Shown here: one piece after another, positions 29,687-38,518 of the stretch
How the letters are laid out: each line of letters starts with the position of its first letter
Numbering within the stretch: the first letter of the stretch is position 1
IMG/VR virus record: IMGVR_UViG_3300032305_001697
Coordinates: 1,724 to 65,723 of that record
DNA length: 64,000 nucleotides
Direction: 5' to 3' (one strand)
Origin: a virus
Lineage: Duplodnaviria; Caudoviricetes
Translations under genes and position numbers: made by a program
The notes under the pieces: generated by a model
Told to the model about the DNA's origin: nothing
The model's input: the letters and a program-made list of their open reading frames with translations, nothing else
Database searches by the model: none

Positions 29687-29913
29687 GTGGAGAATCCTAT
29701 CTTAAACTTTTCTGCTAATACAACTTCGATCTGGTTTGGTGAAAAATCATGAACATCGTATGAGCGACCATTCCACCATCCACAAGAATATGTAACTGTA
29801 TTATGACCAGTTATATTAATACCAACAATACTTCCATAAATAGATTCAGTACCTTCTCCTGTCAACTTAACCTTACTACCAATCTTATATAGTTCTAAAA
29901 CATTTTTGCTCAT
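29683..29913 (-). CDS. Small SH3-like protein (YodC/DUF2158-like)
   Basis: YKIGSKVKL...YSCGWWNG...F....IE. Confidence 0.45.
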   Translation of the reverse strand: MSKNVLELYKIGSKVKLTGEGTESIYGSIVGINITGHNTVTYSCGWWNGRSYDVHDFSPNQIEVVLAEKFKIGFST

Positions 29914-29942
29914 TTAATTTCCTTTATTAAAGTAAGAATAAG

Positions 29943-30015
29943 TAGGAGTGGTGGGAGTCGAACCCACACTTGAAGGATTTTAAGTCCTTTGTCTCTGCCT
30001 TTGGACTACACTCCC
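29943..30015 (-). tRNA. tRNA-Leu(TAA) with a short variable arm
   Basis: GGGAGTG/CACTCCT acceptor; AAGGA-CT-TAA-AA-TCCTT; GTGGG-TTCGACT-CCCAC; CCA not encoded. Confidence 0.85.
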
Positions 30016-30022
30016 ATAAAAA

Positions 30023-30100
30023 ATAATCGACTACAACAATAAATGATTTGAGGTTAATAATCAGTGTGCCTCAACCATTTAAACTACTGTAGCCGATCAT
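30023..30100 (-). other. Long imperfect RNA hairpin
   Basis: ATGATCGGCTACAGTAG/TTGTTGTAGTCGATTAT plus TAAATGGTT/AATCATTTA plus GAGG/CCTC, with several G-U pairs. Confidence 0.6.
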
Positions 30101-30113
30101 CTTTGGTTTTTAA

Positions 30114-30395
30114 TCAAGTGTTAGCATGGGCCTTGAGGCGACGAACAACCTCTGCCATAGCCTCTACGTTATCAACGGTCTTAGTTGGCTTCGCACGTTC
30201 CATTGATGGTAGTTCAATACCCTTCTTAGAAAGAGCGGCCTTTGTACGAGCATAACGAGCCATCGTACTAGCAACCTTTTGACCAGTCTTGGTAGCAATC
30301 TCAGCATAGGTCTTGCTGGAAAAAACTGCTTCCAGAAACTGTTCATCAGAACAACGAACACGGGTCTGCTTATCGACCATAGTAACTTCAGCCAT
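30114..30395 (-). CDS. Putative HTH DNA-binding protein
   Basis: TYAEIATKTGQKVAST HTH-like segment; GGAGG RBS before MAEV. Confidence 0.55.
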   Translation of the reverse strand: MAEVTMVDKQTRVRCSDEQFLEAVFSSKTYAEIATKTGQKVASTMARYARTKAALSKKGIELPSMERAKPTKTVDNVEAMAEVVRRLKAHANT

Positions 30396-30470
30396 AATCA
30401 ACCTCCAAATCATTTCCAATTTTTATCTTGCGAGTCAGTCACTCGACTGATACTCTCGCTCGACTCCTTC

Positions 30471-30498
30471 ATTCTAACATCCATTATCGACTTGTCAA
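30471..30498 (-). promoter_or_regulatory. Early sigma70-type promoter
   Basis: TTGACAAGTCGATAATGGATGTTAGAAT. Confidence 0.7.
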
Positions 30499-30538
30499 CT
30501 GAGCAACCTTGAATTTTTCTTTCTGCTAGGACGGAATA

Positions 30539-30727
30539 CTATTGTTCATCAATAGGAAGCATTATTGCAAGTAGTAGATAAATCCATAGTAGAATACTAC
30601 CAGTAAAAATAGTTCCAAGAACAAATCCTAATCTAATTATAGATGATTCAACTCCTGTTGCTTTTGCTATTCCTCCACAAACCCCAAATATCATTTTATT
30701 TTTAGAATCTTTTTTTATTTTATCCAT
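30539..30727 (-). CDS. PspC domain protein
   Basis: KMIFGVCGGIA...IIRL.FV...IYLLLAIMLP. Confidence 0.85.
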   Translation of the reverse strand: MDKIKKDSKNKMIFGVCGGIAKATGVESSIIRLGFVLGTIFTGSILLWIYLLLAIMLPIDEQ

Positions 30728-31654
30728 CTTATACCTCTAGTAAAGATGTATTATTTTCATCTATATGATTATTTAATGACGCAAGGATTTCTTTTAAGTT
30801 ATCGTTTTCTTTCTCAAGAATTTTGATTATCGATTCAGAAGTCTTAAGTGCTTTTGTTAGGTGATAAACCTTGTTATAAAGTTCTTCTGCAACAAATTCT
30901 TTTATATTTATTTTCATGGTTTTTCTTTATCTAGATATAGATTGTTTCTATTTTTTAGATACACCCTTCAATAGATAATCCATATCAATATTCTCAAGAT
31001 CAACAATATTATTGTCTATTTTAATGTCTTTAAATTTAGAAGATAAAGATTTTATCTCTACTTTATTTTTTTCTTTTACTAAATCTAAATATTTAATAGT
31101 TTCTGTAATCGCTCTGGTCATGGATATGTTATTATTATCTAAGACATTTCTTATGATTTTGTTTTTTTCTATGATAAATTTAACTCTATCTATTATAGTA
31201 GAATTTTCTTTATATCTATAAACTAGTCTATTTGCTATCCATAGTAAAAAATCCTCATCATTATTAAATGAATTAATCATTTTAAAATAGAATCCAAATA
31301 GTTTTTAAGTGATAGTATCTGTTTATCATTGAGTATAATTTGATCAGAGTACGGTCGATGATGGAACAATACCTGATAAATGTATCGCAATTTCTGCCAA
31401 AATGACATTTTATGACTATAGGATGACATATTTTCATATATTGAAAGTTCAGTTAATCCATACTCAGAATCATGATCTAATACTAGAATCTCACTCCTAC
31501 AATCACATAATATGAAAGTAGTTTTATTTTTCTCGAACTTTATCACGTTTAGTGTTTTTGCTTTTTTTGAAGATTCTTTCATAGTTTTTGTCCCATGTTT
31601 CTTGATCCACTGATCGTGGTCTTTTTTTAGAACCTTTACCATTTTCACTCATAA

Positions 31655-32371
31655 TCAATCCTCCAGAACAAAACTCCAGTATCGGCTATCTTCCTTCTTT
31701 TGAAGATCATCCCAGTAAATAGATCGTGCAATATAGGACGGAACCTTGAGTTTGCCACAATTCACCATCCAATGACGCTCCATCTTTTTATAGGTTGTTG
31801 AACCGCTCTTGCTCTTATTATATTTGAGATGTTCCATATCGTAAAGTCGAAGTTGATGAACATCACCACACAATACTCGTGCCTCATTCGGATGGATCAT
31901 TTCAAGAGCAAAACTAATCTTAGCCAATCCGATTCCACTAATCTTATTCAGAATACTGTCACGCTTCTTAACATGACCCTTCTTAGATGTAAAGTAAAAA
32001 TCTTTAGGATTGGCCCAAAACTTCTCACTAAAGTCCCAAATATAATTGGTACGATTATTGTGAAGTCCAACACCGCTCTTATGAAGTTTATTTAGCAGAG
32101 TCTCTTTGTTGTCGATCCACTCATTAAAGTTCTTGATAGCATTATATCCTGAGCAATTACCCTTCCAAGTGGTATGAACAGAGCAATAGGCAAACAAATA
32201 GCGACGAAAAATATCCTCAACATTCTGAGGACGAACACTCTCCCAATATTCCTTGTATGAGACAACCTTATCTCGCGGAAAAGTTTCAAAGAAAATATCG
32301 GCCTTAGTCTTATCCAAGGTGGTATTTTGAACAGGAATAACAGAGTTCTCAACGATCATTGGTTTCTCCAA
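31655..32371 (-). CDS. HhH-superfamily DNA glycosylase-like protein (OGG-like)
   Basis: ISGIGLAKISFAL...LCGDVHQLR HhH plus Asp motif. Confidence 0.65.
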   Translation of the reverse strand: MEKPMIVENSVIPVQNTTLDKTKADIFFETFPRDKVVSYKEYWESVRPQNVEDIFRRYLFAYCSVHTTWKGNCSGYNAIKNFNEWIDNKETLLNKLHKSGVGLHNNRTNYIWDFSEKFWANPKDFYFTSKKGHVKKRDSILNKISGIGLAKISFALEMIHPNEARVLCGDVHQLRLYDMEHLKYNKSKSGSTTYKKMERHWMVNCGKLKVPSYIARSIYWDDLQKKEDSRYWSFVLED

Positions 32372-32395
32372 AAGTGTTTCAAGCGTTATGCTAAC

Positions 32396-32424
32396 ATTCT
32401 ACACTAGCGTTATCGTCTTGTCAA
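32396..32424 (-). promoter_or_regulatory. Early sigma70-type promoter
   Basis: TTGACAAGACGATAACGCTAGTGTAGAAT. Confidence 0.7.
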
Positions 32425-32746
32425 GACCGATTCTTGAATCATCGTTTGCTGGATCGACGCAACAAATATTTATGCTCTGGATATTTTTTGTTGAGTTTAT
32501 GTCTTTTAGATTGTGTGTCAATCTTATTTTTTTGATTAAAATTACGTCTATCTAATTCTTCTTTAGCAAAAGACGCAGTGAGTAAATCTACAGTATCAGG
32601 ATTTAGAACTATATGTTTTAAATCTCTAGTACTCATACTAATGATCTTAAAATGTAGAATTTCTGCTGGAGTTCTATCTTTTTTTGTATTTGAAAATAGT
32701 TGCTTTTCTCTATTAAAAGTTTTCTTTCCTTTTCCTTTCCTGATCA

Positions 32747-34054
32747 TTATACCGTCCTCTCCGATCCATGCAGGATTTTAAAAGTAGGAAATCTAAGAGA
32801 TATGCCCCCATCTTGGTTTTTAGTCTCTTCAAAATATTGAACAGTAATAATTTTTCCAAGAATCTTACTAGGGTCTTTATAAAACTCTTGACGCTGCTCA
32901 ATAGTGAAACCACTACCAACTCGTACAATATTATTCTTATGTTGAATCATAACACAACTCAGCATTGTTTCTTCCCATTCAGCACTATCTTTAACATATC
33001 TGAAATCGCCCATTTCAGTATCAATTACTTTATACTCATCATCAAAAAATTTCTTAACCTTTAGCAAATCTTTGCTACGCTTGCCTTTATATGGTTCATC
33101 AGCACGAAGCATTACTCCTTCCCATCCATAATCAGCGGCTTTTTTAACCCACTCTTGAAAATGGTCATCATTCCTAATAACTTCTTGCTCAAGAACAGTT
33201 AAACATGGACATTCATTTGGTTGCATAACAGCACACAGATTAGCATATCTAATAGAATATGGTCTATTCTTATCTCCCTTCTTACTATAGAACTCATCAT
33301 GAGTTATAATATCAAAAATCTTGTATGACGGATTAGGAATAGTATGATCCTTCTTTTTCAGTTGCTTCATAACTCCCTGAAAATCCTCATTACCATCCTC
33401 GTCAACCAAACAAAGTTCACCATCAAATACAACATTAGTAACTCCCAATGCCTTGATTCCACCAGCAACAACATCAAGAGTATCAAAAGTCTTTCCGGTT
33501 CTTGAAAAGAAAGTGGTATTACCAAACACATCAACAATAGCGATACATCTGGCCCCATCAATTTTCCTACTAACATACCAACCGTCCTTCCAATCTACAA
33601 TTTTAGGCTCATATTTATCAGCAAGAGCAACGCTAAACTCTGGAATATGGTCAGGAATAGCCTTATTAATAATCTTATCACCAGCACGAGTTTTCAAATC
33701 CTTATCGATAATGCAATGGATAAGTTCCTCATGCTCAGGATAACTATCAATAAAAGTATTTACCGAACCAATAGCATCGTGACCAGTAATTTTTCTACTT
33801 TTTAGATCGTCAAGCATAACGAATAAATGCTTGTATTCTTTTCCACGAAGATGGCTTTTCTTTTGCAGATTATCGCTGGTAACATTATATTGCCACAGTG
33901 GATGATAAGTATACTTTAAAATTTGTTTAGCAAAAGTTGCAGAAGCACTAGTCTGATTACAATAGTCCTCAATAATTCCCTGCTTCTCAATGGTGCTACT
34001 AGTAGTTCTAAGATCGCTTACCATATTCCAAACATAATCAAAATCGTGAGTCAT
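32747..34054 (-). CDS. ATP-dependent DNA ligase
   Basis: KIDGAR, FDGEL, IFD, EGVMLR, DLLKVKK, VGSGF, SLRFPTF. Confidence 0.93.
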   Translation of the reverse strand: MTHDFDYVWNMVSDLRTTSSTIEKQGIIEDYCNQTSASATFAKQILKYTYHPLWQYNVTSDNLQKKSHLRGKEYKHLFVMLDDLKSRKITGHDAIGSVNTFIDSYPEHEELIHCIIDKDLKTRAGDKIINKAIPDHIPEFSVALADKYEPKIVDWKDGWYVSRKIDGARCIAIVDVFGNTTFFSRTGKTFDTLDVVAGGIKALGVTNVVFDGELCLVDEDGNEDFQGVMKQLKKKDHTIPNPSYKIFDIITHDEFYSKKGDKNRPYSIRYANLCAVMQPNECPCLTVLEQEVIRNDDHFQEWVKKAADYGWEGVMLRADEPYKGKRSKDLLKVKKFFDDEYKVIDTEMGDFRYVKDSAEWEETMLSCVMIQHKNNIVRVGSGFTIEQRQEFYKDPSKILGKIITVQYFEETKNQDGGISLRFPTFKILHGSERTV

Positions 34055-34120
34055 TCCAATTTCTCCTTGTTGTGTCCTTCCAGTATATCATAAGAAATCG
34101 CTCTGTCAAGTATCGACTGT

Positions 34121-34327
34121 TTAGTGGTGATTCTTGAACCGTCTGCGTAATTTTGCAACTAAATCGCCGCCTGCTGTTTGGAAAAAACAAGGCAATACTG
34201 AATGTATGATGAGATAAAATCCTGCTAATAAACAACATATTCCATAGAAAAAAGCAAATATAAAATGTTGCAGATAAGACATATTATTTTCTTTTAGGTG
34301 TTGAATCCATTTAGAATAAAGATTCAT
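34121..34327 (-). CDS. Small membrane protein (DUF6356-like)
   Basis: HL.ENNMSY.QH..FA...IHS.LP.FF. Confidence 0.55.
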   Translation of the reverse strand: MNLYSKWIQHLKENNMSYLQHFIFAFFYGICCLLAGFYLIIHSVLPCFFQTAGGDLVAKLRRRFKNHH

Positions 34328-34387
34328 TTGTTGTTTCCTATTAAATAGAATAGTTCACAACTTTAATTACACCGTAAAATTATTGGG

Positions 34388-34783
34388 TTATTTAATTTGC
34401 TCAGTATATAAAACACTATCTAAGTGAGTCCTTTTTGCATTGAACATATACGATAACAAATTACAAATGCTTTGCATATTATCTCCAAGATTACCAGATG
34501 CCATATTGCATGACTGACATAGCCAACCCCTTAGATAGTCATACTCTGGATCATGATCCATATGCCATTTATATGGGGTCTTAAAATTCTCTGGTAATTT
34601 TTTACAAACTGGACAACATGATGGTTTTTCTGGTGCTGTTTTGTGTAATTTTCTCCTAATTTTATTTATTTTTTTAACACATTTTTTACATCTAGAATCT
34701 AAACCATCTTTAAATCTTTTATGTTTAGAAAAAGATTTTTTGTTTTTTCTTTCGTAACATTTAACGCAAATTTTTCTAGTCAT
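34388..34783 (-). CDS. Endonuclease VII-like (putative homing) endonuclease
   Basis: CVKC...CKKC, CPVC...DHD...RGWLCQSCN...G.LGDN; true start probably MTRKIC, 7 nt after the tmRNA 3' end. Confidence 0.75.
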   Translation of the reverse strand: MTRKICVKCYERKNKKSFSKHKRFKDGLDSRCKKCVKKINKIRRKLHKTAPEKPSCCPVCKKLPENFKTPYKWHMDHDPEYDYLRGWLCQSCNMASGNLGDNMQSICNLLSYMFNAKRTHLDSVLYTEQIK

Positions 34784-34790
34784 AATTAAG

Positions 34791-35139
34791 TGGAGGCGTT
34801 GGCATTGAAGCCAAGTCCAGAGTAATTTCAATATAAACTTCTACATCGTTAGTCTATTGTAATTTGGACACTAGACAAACCTAGAAGAAATTATCTTCAT
34901 CAGATCGGTTACGATCATTGTCTATGTTTTCGGGTTAGACTTCCTTATCAGATTTATCTGAGTCAACATGATTGGGTAATAAGGCCCATATAGCCCCACT
35001 CGTACCTAACTAATTAGGCAGCGAGGGCGAGATTTACTTCGCCAATTAACATTTTTTTGAATAACTTTTATACTGGCCTGTTATTCAACCAGTCGATGCC
35101 ATCCATATCTCTATTTACCTGTCGATACCTTTCGCCCCC
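34791..35139 (-). ncRNA. ssrA: tmRNA
   Basis: 5' GGGGGCGAAAGGTATCGAC; 3' GAC-TTGGC-TTCAAT-GCCAA-CGCCTCC-A with a G3:U70 pair; tag ORF 35014..35043 encodes GEVNLALAA*. Confidence 0.9.
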
Positions 35140-35389
35140 TTAGTTTTCTAATTCCATCAATCTATCATGTAAATCACTAACCATCCTTGTGTGTATTATC
35201 TCGTTAATCTGATTGGTTTCTTTAACAGCCTCCAAACATTCTGAATGAATAACATTCATGGTGAGAGAAGCAAATAAAACTGATAATAGACATATAAACA
35301 GAAGTCTGTATTTCATAATAATCTTTCTTTTAGGCGGGTTAGTTACTTAACTAATATAAAGGAAGGCTATTGATCTTATACACCATAAA

Positions 35390-35463
35390 TAGGGCGTGTT
35401 GGAGTCGAACCAACCTTTTGAATACCTTATAAGAGTATGTGCCACTACCGGCGGCAACGCCCC
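35390..35463 (-). tRNA. tRNA-Ile(TAT), atypical D arm
   Basis: GGGGCGT/ACGCCCT; ATACT-CT-TAT-AA-GGTAT; GTTGG-TTCGACT-CCAAC; own promoter at 35477..35504. Confidence 0.8.
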
Positions 35464-35476
35464 GTGTTGTTCTTGT

Positions 35477-35504
35477 ATTATACCATCGTCAATCGTCCTG
35501 TCAA
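35477..35504 (-). promoter_or_regulatory. Sigma70-type promoter for tRNA-Ile/tmRNA
   Basis: TTGACA-N16-TATAAT with extended TG. Confidence 0.7.
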
Positions 35505-35634
35505 CCCTTTAGCCTAAATTCTTTTTCTTAGTTCCGTAAGTTCTGCTTCATACTTTTTGATATTATTATACATCTCATTACAACTCACACAAAAATCCGA
35601 TGAGATATATGCCTTACAATCATGTATCTTATCT

Positions 35635-36060
35635 TCAAGATCCCTGATCTTTCTTTTTATTTCTTGGTTTTGATGATCTGTCATTTGATTTTCTCTTTTT
35701 CTTTGTTGTTTTTGTGATTTCTGGATTTGCCCAAAAAACCATTTCATTAATATTTTCATCCCAAGCACACTCTACCAATCCTTTGGCAGCGAGTTTTGCT
35801 AGTCCAACATTATGAATCCATATTACAGTATATTCATAGATTTTTTCATTAGAATCTTCATCCAATAATGGTCTGTCGTTATCGTCAAAACCAACACAGT
35901 TTTCTTTTACCAAAGAAATCATTTGATGAACACTAATAAATTCATCTAAATTTTCATCACAAGATGTAGATATGCTTCTAGCCGCAGCATCACGCATTTC
36001 CGTTACATATCCTTCAATATCAACAATAGCATAAACGTCGCTCATGTTCATACTCTCCAA
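35635..36060 (-). CDS. Hypothetical protein
   Basis: LAKLAAKGLVECAWD...MVFW. Confidence 0.55.
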   Translation of the reverse strand: MESMNMSDVYAIVDIEGYVTEMRDAAARSISTSCDENLDEFISVHQMISLVKENCVGFDDNDRPLLDEDSNEKIYEYTVIWIHNVGLAKLAAKGLVECAWDENINEMVFWANPEITKTTKKKRKSNDRSSKPRNKKKDQGS

Positions 36061-36336
36061 AAGTAATTCATTAGATATATTTAGTTACACCAGAGCCATT
36101 ATCATTATCAGAAATATGGTCAATAGTATTTTGAAGAGTATATTCTCCTCTGGGTAGCCATTTATTTGTTGAGTTTAGTGCCGTACTGATTTGAGGAATC
36201 CAGTGTTGATATGCAAGACTATGTTCTGATGGAAAATGACTTTTAAGAATACGCTCAATATGAAACATAGCACCTTCAATTTCATCACGATAATCAAGCA
36301 GTTTATTCAACTGGTGTTTTTGCTCGTTATTTAAAC

Positions 36337-36750
36337 TCATTCAGCAGAACCTCGTTGTTTAAGTTTCATCAACTTATGCTTGATTTTCCAAACACCAGTT
36401 TCTTTGTTTTGAGTATCTCCACCCATATAAATATGAGCAATACCAGCGTTCTTGTCAAGCCCCCAAGCAAGAATACCTTGGTCATCAACTCTCTCAACAA
36501 CAAACCTACCACGATACCCCATAGGAATAAACTCTTGTCCTACTTTGCTAACAAAGTAAGGCCCACCACCAACCTTGATTCTATCACCCTTAACCAGTTC
36601 ACGCCAATCAACCTTATGAATAATCTTAGTTTCTTTAGCCTCTCGACCCTTTACCTTGAAGATAAAAGGAGTATTACACTTCTTACACATATAAGCACGG
36701 GGGCCAGTAGTTTGACCACAATTCTCACAAGTCTTTTGTCCCTTACCCAT
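36337..36750 (-). CDS. Zn-ribbon protein
   Basis: KTCENCG..TGPRAYMCKKC; promoter at 36791..36818. Confidence 0.6.
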   Translation of the reverse strand: MGKGQKTCENCGQTTGPRAYMCKKCNTPFIFKVKGREAKETKIIHKVDWRELVKGDRIKVGGGPYFVSKVGQEFIPMGYRGRFVVERVDDQGILAWGLDKNAGIAHIYMGGDTQNKETGVWKIKHKLMKLKQRGSAE

Positions 36751-36790
36751 TTTATTCTTCTCCGGTGCGTTGTTTAAGCCTTATGCTCCA

Positions 36791-36818
36791 AGTATAACAG
36801 GATTATCGGCGTTGTCAA
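36791..36818 (-). promoter_or_regulatory. Early sigma70-type promoter
   Basis: TTGACAACGCCGATAATCCTGTTATACT. Confidence 0.7.
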
Positions 36819-37264
36819 GAAGGATTCTTTAAGAATTCTCTATGAGTGGGACAAAGAGTGGTAAACCAACCACTTTTATTGCACTCTCCTTTATTTCCAC
36901 AAACTTCACAAGTCTTATAACTTATTGCTTCTGCCATACTCACCAATCCCTCAATATATTCATCACCACCACTAAAATACATCCTAAGACCGCCGTATTT
37001 TTCCTTTACCTGATCAAATTTAACAGGAAAATAATTGGTCCTATATTCTGGATCAGTTTTCTGTTTAAACTTTGTTTGCCAGAGATCATTATCTTCATGT
37101 TGTTTAATCATCCAACAAACACTAGATATAATCTCATACCATCCATTTCCGCACTCTATACCAAAAGACATACAACTATTTCGTGGCCCAAGGTCTTTGT
37201 TAGAAAAGAATTCTGGATACTTTTCAAAGAGTTGGTTTTGTAATTCCTGATCCATTTGGCCCAT
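36815..37264 (-). CDS. Conserved phage hypothetical protein
   Basis: ECGNGW, QVKEKYGGLRMY, TCEVCG...GW..TLC. Confidence 0.65.
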   Translation of the reverse strand: MGQMDQELQNQLFEKYPEFFSNKDLGPRNSCMSFGIECGNGWYEIISSVCWMIKQHEDNDLWQTKFKQKTDPEYRTNYFPVKFDQVKEKYGGLRMYFSGGDEYIEGLVSMAEAISYKTCEVCGNKGECNKSGWFTTLCPTHREFLKNPS

Positions 37265-37678
37265 CCTTTATTTCTAGTTTACCGGGACTATAGTGACAAA
37301 AATAACTAGCATGAATTTTACGCTTAGTTAGTTGAATAGTTGTATCAAAAATTTCAATATACACATTAATACGATAACGATTTTCCCAAACATTAATAAT
37401 CTTAGTCATAAGATGACTCTTAGGCTTCTCAACTTGCTTAAACAAGAGGCTTTCGATTTCTAATTCCATTTAAACAGTCTCCATGTTTGTGTTAGAAGTA
37501 TCAATACTCAAAGAAATCTTCTTATCAGGCATTTCAATAAAATCAGTAGGATAATATCCTAGTGTTTCAAAATCAAATACCTGTACAGGTTCTTGCCAAG
37601 GGAAACTACCGGGATTATTAATATCGTTCGCTCTTTCATAAAGAAAGTTATACAGTTGTAACCAAGTCATATTATAAT

Positions 37679-37897
37679 TCATCGACTTCTCCTGTTGGCA
37701 CGATCAAGTTTACGAATAGTTTCTTTAGCATTAGCAGGAACCATAACTAGGGATGGTGCTGTTTTATGAGAAAAGTCCATATACCCCACAGCACGATTTT
37801 CTACACTACAATCTTTGCAAATAATTTTGCGACCAGTTTCAACAAGAAACTCGTAGCGATCAATTCCAACACAGTTTTTGCAATAAACGCAATTCAT
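37679..37897 (-). CDS. DksA/TraR-type C4 zinc-finger protein
   Basis: CVYC.....RY.......ICKDC spacing; promoter at 37917..37944. Confidence 0.5.
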   Translation of the reverse strand: MNCVYCKNCVGIDRYEFLVETGRKIICKDCSVENRAVGYMDFSHKTAPSLVMVPANAKETIRKLDRANRRSR

Positions 37898-37917
37898 GGT
37901 TTCCTCTGTTTAGCGGA

Positions 37918-38376
37918 TTATACCATAACCATCGGCATTGTCAACTGGCTGACTTCAATCAAATTTCCAAGATTGTCGATAAAATTCCCATCATCGTTAC
38001 TATAATAGATTTCATTCAATCCGACAGCATTAAGAAGTTTATTACAGTTTTCACAAGGCTTACTTCCTAAAATAAGTCCCTTTCTGTTGATACGCAATAC
38101 AACAACTGACCAATTAGGATCAATGGTATTATACTTATCCAAAAGTTTAGAAATAAGACGAGATTCAGAATGATAATATGGGAACTCCTTATATTTTTCC
38201 AGATTAAAATCTTCACCAATCCTATAAGCACCAGCATGAGTCTTAATCGGGTTATTTTGGGTGAAACAAATTAGTTTGGTTCCATCAAACGCAGCAGAAA
38301 AATGGTAGCATCGAATTGCCTTGCATGGATTCCAGTTATTATAAGCCTTACGAATTGTTTTATTGATAATCTTCAT
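37918..38376 (-). CDS. Zinc-dependent CDA-fold deaminase
   Basis: HSE and SKPCENC motifs, N..KTH, VLRINRKG. Confidence 0.75.
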   Translation of the reverse strand: MKIINKTIRKAYNNWNPCKAIRCYHFSAAFDGTKLICFTQNNPIKTHAGAYRIGEDFNLEKYKEFPYYHSESRLISKLLDKYNTIDPNWSVVVLRINRKGLILGSKPCENCNKLLNAVGLNEIYYSNDDGNFIDNLGNLIEVSQLTMPMVMV

Positions 38377-38518
38377 TTACTCGCCATCATATACAGACCA
38401 ATATTAGCAAATGCGTAACCAACATAGGTAATTAGCATACCATAGTTCTTATGAAAAATAAACTGCTCTAGTGCAACATACAAATAAATTAAACCTGTAA
38501 TTAAAATTAGATGATGAC

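Noticed and set aside
31655-32371. Base-hypermodification pyrophosphorylase (aGPT-like) call for the HhH protein
   Set aside because: The motifs fit an OGG-like glycosylase at least as well, and no partner hmU kinase or hydroxymethylase is visible. ThyX suggests normal thymine.
34784-34831. N-terminal extension of the endoVII ORF
   Set aside because: It overlaps the tmRNA 3' end, so the real start is probably the ATG at 34783.
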